Shown here piece by piece: positions 53,404 through 64,000 of a DNA stretch of 64,000 nt. The notes under the pieces were generated by a model. It was not told the DNA's origin. It was given only the letters and a program-made list of their open reading frames with translations, and searched no databases. The stretch is from Trichoplax adhaerens. Lineage: Eukaryota; Animalia; Placozoa. The DNA lies in NCBI RefSeq assembly GCF_000150275.1, contig NW_002060966.1:324415-388414 (forward strand), read 5' to 3'. Numbering within the stretch: the stretch's first letter is position 1; each line of letters begins with the position of its first letter. The position numbers and the translations under genes were made by a program.

Positions 53404-55409
53404 TGACAATAGTTCCTATCGATCAAATTATACATAGTAACACTATTTGAGGGACGCGTTGGGCTCTCTATACTGGTTAAAAGCTGTTCAGCTTAGATGC
53501 AACCTTTAATTAGGTCTTAAAAATTTACAAGGCATTGACATTAAACTTGGCTCAAATTTCACATAAGCAGATCATTACAACCTTGAACAATTGGCTTTTA
53601 ATGTTTTTATTAATTTTTACTGGAGTATTATTTTATAATATTTCTTTCAAATTTCTAATACAAACCAACAGTGACTGCTACACGTCGGTCAGTTCAATCA
53701 GTAGACAAGTACTAAGGTCTAATTATTGATGAGGCTACATGACTGATGTAGTAGATAAACTAAAATTGCAGTTGGAATCAATAGATCTGACATATTTTGA
53801 TAGATTACGAATAAAAGGCAACAATTTAGATGGAATACTATTTATCCTCTTCATTGTACAGATTGAATTGACTAAAGGATCTTAAACTGATGATACATAT
53901 ATGAGTGATCTTCATGATTAGTTATGACTAACTGTCCGCCTCTGTTCATAATGAACGGTAAATGTTATTAATAACTCTATCGTAGAACTATAATATCTAA
54001 GTGCTTGACACATAAAGCTTCTCAACAATTACTGTACTAGTGGTATAAAAAACTATCTATATAGGTTGACAATGAACTGGAATAGTGGCTGTGTAAATCC
54101 ATTGATATACAGCTATGAAGTTATCTGTATCGAGCTGCTCTATATTTAGAGCTCTCCAACAACTGCTAGCGTTATATACTTGCGTATAGCTGTTTACATC
54201 TATATTGGTTTACAGTAAATGGAAATTGTCCTACTGTACCTGTTTCCGATCACTATGAATATGATATTTGAATCTTCGCTTATTTTATTACTTAATGATA
54301 TTTCGTAAATAGAAGAGATGGAGTAAATTAATGCATCATAAAGTAATCATAATTTAAAGTCCTATTCTACAAAATTTCTATGTAATAATGGTGATATCCA
54401 AGATTAGTATTAAAAGTGACTACGATTATAAGACTTTCATGAGTAGATAAAACATTTGTATTGATTGCAATAGTTATAATAAAATTGACCAAAGTGCATT
54501 GCTAGAATATTGTTTGAAAACAAGGCTGAAAAAGTATGTGGAGGTCTTGATTGCACCAATAATTAAAAATCGATTTCTTGGATCCATTAGTTGGCCATAC
54601 ATATACAGTATATTAATGCTAAAGCTTGCAACTAGTCTATTTTCTAAGAATATCAGAAATTTTCGTCTGATCTTGAGCACTACTATGGATAAAGATTTTC
54701 CCATCTTCATAGCTATAAAAATTAATATTCTTTTAAGAGCAGGAACTTTCTCAACATTCTCATATCTAGTATTTTGAATAAAAGTGATATATCGTAATGC
54801 AGTATGAACGAGTAGTATACGGATTAGCCTCTATATAAGCTTCCGCCTGGCTATGATATCATTTCAATATCACGTTAATTTTACCTAGATAGACCTTGTT
54901 CAATCTTTTGTCAGCGATCAAAATAGTTGTTTGTACTCATTAGTGAACAGTATTTAATATGATTTAAGCTAGCAAAGGTCAAATACTTTCGTTCTGCTTT
55001 ATTTTCATGATGAAAAAGTGAAAATAATCGATTTTTAGGTCCTTACCAAGAATAGCAATATTTATCTACTTGATGTTTATTTCAGTAAGCAATGCAGTAT
55101 CTTATTGATTGCCAATGCTTTTATTCGTCATTCAATACAACCGAAAACAGAAAAGATATCTGCCTCTTTTATTTATATATATTTTCATGAAATAACTTTG
55201 ACTATTGAATTTATGCATGTTAAATCGTTGTATAAATGAATTTAAAATTAGAAGGTGGTTTACCACTGCCTGTATTACCACTCTATTAAAGGTCTATTAT
55301 TGCAACTTTTCGTAATTATTTCTACTATATTTATTCTATTCTTGGAATAATCCCAGTAAGATTCGTCTTGCAATAGCTTTCGACCATAAATTTATTATTA
55401 AGACCAGTA

Positions 55410-56165
55410 TTACAGTTTGCTAGAGGTGAAATTGCTTAGAACCAACGAAATTTCACGATAACCTTCTTCATACAGCTGGCTGAAGATCTTTTTATTCTGA
55501 TACGTATAGTCACGGATATCAAGGATAGAAACCGTCTTCCACATTTGCATTTGACTTACTGATCTTGCCATTGCAGGATGATAGGAAATGGAACAAACCT
55601 GGTTTATACCGCGACGTTGGATTAAGCTTTGAAGAATTAACGAATTCATGATACCTATACCTTTACCGTGATATCCAGACGAAACACATACATCATCGAT
55701 ATAGTAGATCTGATTATATTTACCATATTTTTTAGGAGGAAAATTTTTAAATAAAGTGTGGCTCACATCTACAATAGGAGCAATTTTCTTTCCATATATT
55801 TTTTCCAGATCGAGACCAAGATCGAATAATGCCGATGACAATAAATATGCAGCACCTGCGCCCACTATTTTCCCTTCGTTAGTCGTAGAAATTAGCCCTA
55901 TACCTTCTTCCAATGCTGTCTTAAATACTTCAATTGCAGTAGGTAGATAGTCTTCTTTGGTTATGTCCAATACTTGAAACATCCTGTTATTCTCAGCGTA
56001 ACATTGTGCACAAATATCTGCAGCTTTTTCAATGTCCCATGGCTTAATTAAGCGATACTTAATATTATTTTTACTATCGAAAATTTCAGTTAAATTATCT
56101 TGATGAAACTTTTTACCCAACGATAAACACCACTGGACGTTATTGTGATAGCTCATCGTATTCAT
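55410..56165 (-). CDS. GNAT-fold N-acetyltransferase-like protein, copy 3 (intronless, 251 aa)
   Basis: Motif A is IDDVCVSSGYHGKGIG. It is a full-length paralog; the start could be 56165 or 56156. Confidence 0.87.
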   Translation of the reverse strand: MNTMSYHNNVQWCLSLGKKFHQDNLTEIFDSKNNIKYRLIKPWDIEKAADICAQCYAENNRMFQVLDITKEDYLPTAIEVFKTALEEGIGLISTTNEGKIVGAGAAYLLSSALFDLGLDLEKIYGKKIAPIVDVSHTLFKNFPPKKYGKYNQIYYIDDVCVSSGYHGKGIGIMNSLILQSLIQRRGINQVCSISYHPAMARSVSQMQMWKTVSILDIRDYTYQNKKIFSQLYEEGYREISLVLSNFTSSKL

Positions 56166-56405
56166 TAATGTTCAAGGGTAATATAAGGAGAAAATTTCAG
56201 TATTATTTCAGCTGATGAAGGGTAGAACTTTAGACGAGAACCGGTAGGAATGGATTGAATGATTCAATTATGAAAAGAATCAAATCAATCAAATTAGCCA
56301 GTTGTAACCAAAGAGGATTGTGTAATTTATCCCAAACGTTTTGGTTTACTCTGTCAATTAATACGGGTAATTAATTTAGTCTTTCTGGATAATGGGCACG
56401 CCATC

Positions 56406-56415
56406 ATCACGTGAT
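56406..56415. promoter_or_regulatory. Palindromic E-box ATCACGTGAT upstream of GNAT copy 3
   Basis: The core lies 243 bp upstream of ATG 56165. Confidence 0.7.
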
Positions 56416-59400
56416 AAAAGGATTAAGTTCTAATAATTAACTAAAACTAATTAGCATTGCCTCCTATCGTACTGTACTGTTCAGCAGTGTTATTGGGTTT
56501 ACAGAATTATCTAGCAGCTGTCGGTGATCCATCATGATATAGTAGTACCTTACCTATCCATACAATCTGATACATATCATCGATATTGCCAGCTACAGAA
56601 AAATCTCATCAATCTGATATTTATGTACTCCTACTGTTGAATTGCATAAATAGATAATGATACTCAAATTGTTGGATTCAATTATAATCATCATTTCTAA
56701 TAGATAGAATTCTTATTGAGGCTTTTTATTTTCTTAATCTGCTATCCGTGATCGTATCTTAATGATTAAGAAAGCGTTAAGATTATACTTCTTATTTTTG
56801 TATGACTTTCATCAAGAATGATTATAATAATAGATTGATTTTACGATGGTATTACTAGATTATCTTCTTAACATACAGCAGCATAAAACTGACTGTTAGT
56901 AATGTTTTCTCTTATTTCGCACATCTTTATTTAGATAACTGCCAACTTTAACAGTGTTATCCTATTAACAATAACATATATTGATGCATCAAAACTATAG
57001 ATTACTTTGGATTTGATTGAATTTTGTTATCGAAATTTCCGGCAGAGATGTAGTTGAATTCATAACGACCACCTGATGATATTAGACTCTAAGAAAGTTT
57101 TTGCTGCGATAAAACTTTCATTGTAAGTTCAGATAACTGTAAGTAGAAACGAGGTGTTTTAAAAGTATCATAATAAAAGGATGTAAATATACTGTAAAAT
57201 AGATTTATCTGTAAGTTTAACAAAGTAATTGTACAAAATAATCGGAAGGGATGAAATGGTGTATTTGCACTATTCGTACTATAAACTTGAAATTTTATCG
57301 CTGATAGATATAAAGCCCTGTTTTATAGTAAATAGAATAATATGATTCTTAACTTAAGGTTAGAGTAGTATAGCAAACTATTTGATTATGTTTGTGTGAA
57401 CTTTCTGCTTTTGTTTCTCTAAAGTGTCCAGGCTTTGTATACGGTTGAGCCTTTACTTAAATGAGAGCAGTTTAAAATGGAGTTAAATCAGTTCCAAACT
57501 TCTTCATTCTATTGGCAAATTCGCTCAACAGCTGCAGTACTCCCATTACTTCTTCAATAGATATTTCAACCGATTACAGAATAGAATCATTTTATTTCAC
57601 AAATACTTAAATTACAAATACGGGTAGAGAAGCTAGTAAAAATATTTTCATTTTACACTTTGAGCATGGTGATGAGCATTTTACCATTGTTTTTATTAAC
57701 AATTTAACGTTCGTGATCTATCAGAGATCAATCTTAATCATACATCTATTACTGCAAAAACTTATACTAGAACATTCAAATCCTATGCGTATTCATACTT
57801 ATGCAAATTCTAGAATTGTAGATGATGTAATGTCATAACCATCATGGATAACTTTACGAATAGACAATATTGGCAAATACAAGAGAAAGGATTAATGATA
57901 CAATTAGACAGTAGTTACAATTGGAAGACCTATTGTACAATTTCGCTATAGATATTATCCAAGATTAGCATGAAGGATATGTATACTGTACAGTGTAAGC
58001 CGCTATTTCAAGAATATTCACAAGTGTACCATCGGCGAGACTATAAAAAGCGGAGTACTAGCTTAGCTTCTCAGTTTCAGTTAGTCATTTGCAGGATCTT
58101 TTGACTATTATTGCTAAGAATATTCTTATGTTTTTCTTTAGCACATTTTACGACTAAGGTTAACGAAAATAAAGTAAAGTATTTTAACCTATTACTCAAT
58201 AGTAGTTTTTTTGTGTAGCTGAGAGTTAGTTCAACTACGATAGGTCCCTAAGTTAGTTGGGAACACAAGTACTAGTGAAGATAGTGTTTAAGACCCGGTT
58301 TCTTATTACAAAGAAGAAGATTTGTAACAAATGGTAATTGCAAAATTTTCACACAGCAGGTGAAACACTTTGCGTTTCAATTGTTGCGATCCACGATATC
58401 GAAGCTTACTCCAAGGATATTGACTACGGACAAAAAATTTTCTAAACATCTTGATTTCACTATGATGAGTAAAGGATTTACATACTGTAAATTGCATGCC
58501 TAAATGAATATCCTATCATAATTAAACAGAATAAATTAAAATTGCCGTGAGCTTATAATATTGGAACTGTATCAACATAACCAACGAAAATTTTATTTTC
58601 GTAAAAAGTATGTATATAGATCGACCTTGATATGAGCTTAAGCCTGGCTTTGATATCGGTTCAATTTCACGTTAATTTTTCCCTGAATAGATCTTGTTTG
58701 ATCTCTTGTAAATAATCAAAATAGCTACTTATATTTTTTAGTAAACAGCGCTTGATATGATCTAAGCAAGCAAAAGTCAAATACTTTCACTCTGCTTCAT
58801 TTTAAAAATGTACAATTATTCGAATTTCCGGCCCTTACTTAGGATAGTTATTAATTAATTTTAATTTATTTGATGTTGATACAGGTCAGTCATTGAGTGT
58901 CTTACGTATTGCCAATGCTTGCAATCTTTATTAATAAAAAATATGGACCTATGAAGCGATGCAAGTAAATTGTGCACACTATTCTATATGTACTAATATC
59001 TATAACCTATTAGTCCATATACAAGTAGTAAAATAATATTTGGATAGAATACAACTATTCATCAATGCGTAGATCGACTATTATCACCTTTCTACATTTC
59101 TTAGTGAGGCAATAGTGAAATGATTTGATTTATGATCCTGCCATTAGTGTTGAGTGAATTTAATCCAGTTGATATTAATTAAAATAAATAGATATTATGT
59201 TTATTAAATTGCTAATGTTTACGATCATTAAGGAAATAAAAATAATCATTACCTCTATTAGAATGTTTTACCCTATCATGTATGATTAAGCTTGGTTATT
59301 AAACTCACGTGTGTCCAAGTATTGTGCCTATAATTTCATCCTTATAGGACTCTTTATTATCACTAGTCCATTTGGTGGCTGATTAAAAAACTGTTTTATA

Positions 59401-59520
59401 CCAGTTCTGGCATATTTATCTTATTCTTGCAAGAAATTTATAGTATTATGATTTGTCTTCGTGGCAATAAATTCGCATAATAAAATGGTTATTGACGATT
59501 ATCACCGCATGCTGATAGGG

Positions 59521-60045
59521 TTAAGTTTCCGATAGATGAAAAAATTCCGCGATAGCGTTTATCATAGAGTTGACTGAAGATCTTTTTATTGCGATAAGTA
59601 TAGTTATCGGTATCAACAACAGAAAAAGCCTTCCACGTTTCATTTTTTGAACAGTTCTTACCGATGCAGGATGATATAAAATGGAACAAATCTGCGTGAT
59701 ACCACGATGTTGGATCAAACTTGGCAGAATTAATGAATTCATACCAATAATACCTTTGCCACGATGTTCATGCAAAACACATATGTCATCGACATAGTAG
59801 ATATAGTAAAACTTATAACATTCTGGAGTTGAAAAATATTGAAAGTAATTTGTGACTTATATCTACAATTAGAGCAATTTTCTTTCCGTATATTTTTCCA
59901 GATCTATGCCAAGATTGAATAATTCTACCGATAGTAAATAGGATGTACTGATACCAGCAATTTTTTCATCTGAGAGAATAATTATCATCTATCATCGTTT
60001 CTTTATCGATACAAGTACTTTTGATATTGCTGCAGGAAAAATACT
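59521..60045 (-). pseudogene. 5'-truncated, frameshifted GNAT pseudogene closest to copy 3
   Basis: It is nucleotide-similar to ~55425-55950 (e.g. agcaattttctttcc.tatattttttccagatc). Homologous peptide is split across frames (HRGKGIIGMNSLILPSLIQHRGITQICSILYHPA; YTYRNKKIFSQLYDKRY). The first ~70 codons and the promoter are missing. Confidence 0.88.
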
Positions 60046-60108
60046 AATGTATATAGATGATTATATTATTGTTAGTTAATCATCCTTTCAACTATATGAG
60101 AATCGTAT

Positions 60109-60866
60109 TCATTTTTTATTATTTTTCCCTATGTCCTTGATAAAGATTTGCACTTCCTTGTAGCCTTTTGCTACCAAATCCAGAAAGACTTTTTCATCTT
60201 TATAGGTATATTCATTTAAATCGATAGAATAAATTAATCGATAGCCAACTGCAAGAGCTCTTTTTGCATGATTGGATTGAAAATAGTGGTTATCATTTTG
60301 TCATAACCATGTCGAGCACTTATTGCTTCTACTAAAAAACCGCTCAAGAATCCAATAGCCTTACTAGCATATTTTTCACCTCTCAAGCAAGCAACATCAT
60401 CGATAACGATCATTTTCTTTGGATCAAAGGATTCTTTTTTCTCTGCGTCTTCATATAATTGCATCATACAATCCATAATCGGAGCCATAGCTTCTCCATA
60501 GTTATTAATAACGTTCTCGCCCGCTGTCACTTCAGTTACCTTACTATAAACATAACCAATTCCTACTCCAACTAATTTATTATTTTCTATATCTCGAGCA
60601 ACGATTGCTAATTTATCTTCCATCGCCAATCGGCATTCAAATTTAGCAGCAAGGATATACTGCTCGACCGTAACACCTCGACTTTTATAAATTTCATTTT
60701 GTTCAATAAAAGAGATAGCAATGACTTTCATAGCTTCATCCATATCTTCTTCTTGCATAATACTATACCGTATATTGTTTTTTTCATCGACGATAAAGGG
60801 AGAATCGCTATCTCGAAATTGTTTATAAAGCTCTAGTACATGTTCCATAGGATTGTGTTTAGCCAT
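60109..60866 (-). CDS. GNAT-fold protein, copy 5 (divergent), interrupted by one apparent 1-bp deletion near 60261-60265
   Basis: The 210-aa ORF ends early, but the homologous C-terminus (VGYRLIYSIDLNEYTYKDEKVFLDLVAKGYKEVQIFIKDIGKNNKK*) continues in the -1 frame to a TGA at 60111-60109. Adding one A to the A5 run gives a 252-aa protein. Confidence 0.8.
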
Positions 60867-61093
60867 GTTGAAATCGTTGCAGTTTGATGTTTAGTAATAT
60901 AATTGAACCTATCCACAAATGAAATAGTACAGTAAATGACTGTTAGATACAGGAGTACTTTAGCAAAGACAGATTGAAAGTGATGATGGAGACCACAAGA
61001 ACTTCTATCTGCGATTTTAGCCGTAGGTGAAAAGGGCTGAGATCAAGAATGTGCCAAGGTCATGTGAAAATCGATGATGGAGCTAGCAATCAC

Positions 61094-61101
61094 CACGTGA
61101 T
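61094..61101. promoter_or_regulatory. E-box CACGTGAT upstream of GNAT copy 5
   Basis: It lies 228 bp upstream of ATG 60866. An M-box-like TCATGTGA is at 61060-61067. Confidence 0.7.
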
Positions 61102-62493
61102 AGTGTACTGGGACTGCTATATATATTGTACACAATTTCATGCAAGGATTGATTTTTATAGGGCTTTAAATTAAATTAAATTAATTTAATCAGTTGTTTA
61201 CCAAAGCGTATCGAGTTCATTGTTATGGAAATCAAGATTGATTTGCTCCGTTTTCAGAGAGTTTAATCTTCTCTATCTTGCATTCATAATGGACTACCCA
61301 TGGTATACAGTAATGCATGTTTCTATCGGTAGTCTAGGCTATTCTTAGTCTAAATTCGTTTCTAATCCACTGTTGTAGAACTCCATATTTAGATAAGCCC
61401 TATTTCACTTTGATACTATAGGGCTCTAGTGCTACTCTAATCCGATTGCATTGCAGAAATCTCGTAAACAGACATAAGCTCTTCTTCGTACTCATTCGCG
61501 TTTCTCAATCATTTCATCCTGTCATACTTTTAACATTCTTAAAGGGCATCTTCATGTTTCGATGACACAATGTAGTGTTTCCTTAATTTACGGTGATTAA
61601 TAAATCATTGGAAGGTATTCTGCATTCAATTCTATAACAGTAAACTACTTTACCTCATATAATGTCCGTTATAGTTTTGATTTAGCTTTATTTCTTATTA
61701 TAATTTTTCAATAATGATGGATGATGTTAATCATTTAGCTTCATATCAATGTATAATAGTGATGCTGAATATACTTTTAGTCTTAGAATAAAATCGATAA
61801 GTCTGTAAATAGACTGCAGCACTTAGAGAGGCCTAGGACAGGTGATAAGGCAAGCGATGATGGATAGACTTTGAGCTTAAAATTAAATAAGTCTGTTATT
61901 ACATTACAAAACTATGTGAACCTATTTTGAGCATAACACTTACACTACTTGTTTCAGGAGACTGATTAACTACACTATTCATGGTAAGAATTTGAAGTTA
62001 AGAAATGAAGATCGTGGTATAAAGATGTATAACTTCATCATAGCAATGCAAATAATTTAAAAGTAGGTTAAATCTGTGCTCTTTTGGTTCAATAAGATTA
62101 TCTATTCCTAGGATAATTTATGGTACTGCCTCATTTATGTGCATTATTTGTTCTATGTGCAATGTACCTTAATTAATTAATAAGCTAAAAATCTGTTTAA
62201 GAAGCTATGTAACCTGATCTTAGCAATGCTGTCACGGTACGAACTACTGTGAAGAAAGAGCTATCTAAATTTGGTTTATATAATATAGTGATAATATATT
62301 ACAACTAGTTACTTACAATAAGAGTTACTCTAATTATAAATGTGTTACAGTAAATTTAATGTTGTGCTGTAATGTACACTGAAATGATTCTGTGAATGCA
62401 CATGTTGTTGTCTGAATGTCAAAAAATTAGTTAGTAGATGTTCTCACCTAGGTATTTTTATAAAATGACTCATGAATGTTTGCTGCTTTACAA

Positions 62494-62661
62494 GGGTATA
62501 AAGCCCGTCAGATAGTTGAACAAAGTAGTTCTCAATTGTATAGTTGAGTTTAACGTAGAATCAAAGGCGTCTAAATTCTTGTGAGTAGGGATACTGAATT
62601 CCGAAGACTATAGTAATTTAGAGATTTATTTTACGTTATCCTTGTCACAAAGCTGGTTTGT
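62494..62661 (+). repeat. ~170-bp direct repeat, copy B (right of GNAT array)
   Basis: Matches 47063-47230 in the same orientation. Confidence 0.85.
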
Positions 62662-64000
62662 GACAAATGCAAATAATAATTCATAAATTAGTTGTCTTCA
62701 ACTCCGGATGTTCAATAAGATCAACTATCATTCTGTTAATTATTACCGAAACTTCTTTCACACATAATAATTACGTACTGTACTTATACTTCCAATTTTA
62801 TCTATATAATAGCGTACAATCACTTTTCAAAATGAGTATGTATTTAAAATTACTTGTGTATTCCTAGACACACGGACGAAAATTTTTAACAATTTTGGAT
62901 AACTTTCTAATTCCGAGTGTATCATAGAGTATATGGAATAGGCTATAAATAATTGATCTTTTTTAGAAGCAATAATAACCTGATAGTTAACAACTGAAAT
63001 GCGCTTTAGCTACTTTACTGGTTCATTATTTTCATTGTAAGTAAACATGCAGTTTTCTTTTCAAATGATAAATATCATTATCCGTTAACATAGCGTATCA
63101 TATGGAACTTTAATGACGAATTTTTATTAGTATAGCTTGTTTATTATTAATAACATAACAATCCCACCCTCCCGTTAATACAGAGTGAGGAACTTTATAG
63201 CTAGGGCTCACTTCCTTCTATTATATAATTATCATTCATAGATCTTACTAATGGTGTCATATATGGTACTCTAGTGATATGAGATTAAATGCCATGACAA
63301 ATTTAAAACATCACAACTAGCTAATTAGATAACCAAAATTAATAGCCAGCAATTAATTATAATATGTGCATGATTCTGCAGGAACTACTCGACGAAGAAT
63401 TCACCTCCAAATTTGAAAATAGAGGAAATCAAGTAGAGTAGTGCCCGCTTTCTATCGCTTTGATATATGACATGTACAAACAATCTTGTACAACCTTCCA
63501 TTTTTAATTTAACTTTATTCAATTTAATCCAATAAAGTAGAATAACATGCAAATTTCTGGTTACCCAGTGATTGAATAATCTAATTTTTGATCGCTGTTT
63601 AGTTTGAATGATATACTACCGCTGTTATAAAATACTTCTATTTTGGTTAACATCCATGAGTAAAATGGCACTGAACCGAAATTTTTCTCTGCTATTGAAT
63701 TAAATATTTCTCTGTAGTACAGTCGCAAATGAGCCCAAAATTACGATTGCAAGATTGTAGTGAGATCATTTCAACTTGCATGTTAGATTATAAGATTGTC
63801 TAGGTACCCATTCGTAAAAGATGGTTCTATTACGTGGACTGTTTACTTCACAATATGGTATAGTCTATTCTTAGTATGTTTATTTTCCCCTACTCTATAG
63901 CGTAACTCTATGGATGTAAATCTACATTGAATAATTCACACTGTAGAAATCTACTGATACTCTAGTTGAATTGTATCGTAGAGCTAATTTAACGTAAAAG

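Noticed and set aside
49191-58497. Assorted 60-92-aa ORFs between the GNAT genes (49191, 49237, 53535, 54474, 54499, 58306)
   Set aside because: They have AT-rich I/L/F/K-biased composition and no motifs, and several start at non-ATG codons. This is consistent with chance ORFs.
59306-59311. An additional CACGTG downstream of the GNAT pseudogene
   Set aside because: It lacks the AT extension and is not upstream of a gene. A few chance hexamers are expected in 64 kb.

Overview
AT-rich, intron-dense eukaryotic DNA from an animal. The gene content and short GT-AG introns suggest a placozoan (Trichoplax-like), but that is inference. From left to right: (1) the 3' half of an LRR-containing rhodopsin-type GPCR (LGR-like; 17 LRR-type exons plus a single 7TM exon, ending at 7445). 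(2) An intergenic stretch with an LTR remnant and degenerate tandem repeats. (3) A tandem paralog with the architecture SRCR-EGF-SRCR-EGF-EGF-SRCR-LRRNT-~31 LRR-7TM (16424-32462; first exon not resolved), carrying a solo LTR in one intron. (4) Intronless UQCRQ on the minus strand. (5) A divergent intergenic region holding five ~60-75-nt covarying hairpins. (6) A 24-exon OCRL/INPP5B inositol 5-phosphatase (37166-45505) with two U12-type introns, one apparently AT-AA. (7) A minus-strand tandem array of intronless GNAT-fold genes: three intact, one with a single frameshift and one truncated pseudogene. All four full-length GNAT copies carry CACGTGAT 228-243 bp upstream of the ATG, and ~170-bp direct repeats flank the array. 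The most interesting signals are the hairpin array, the position-locked E-box in the GNAT array, the minor-intron architecture of OCRL, and the homogenised 7TM versus divergent LRR pattern in the receptor pair.
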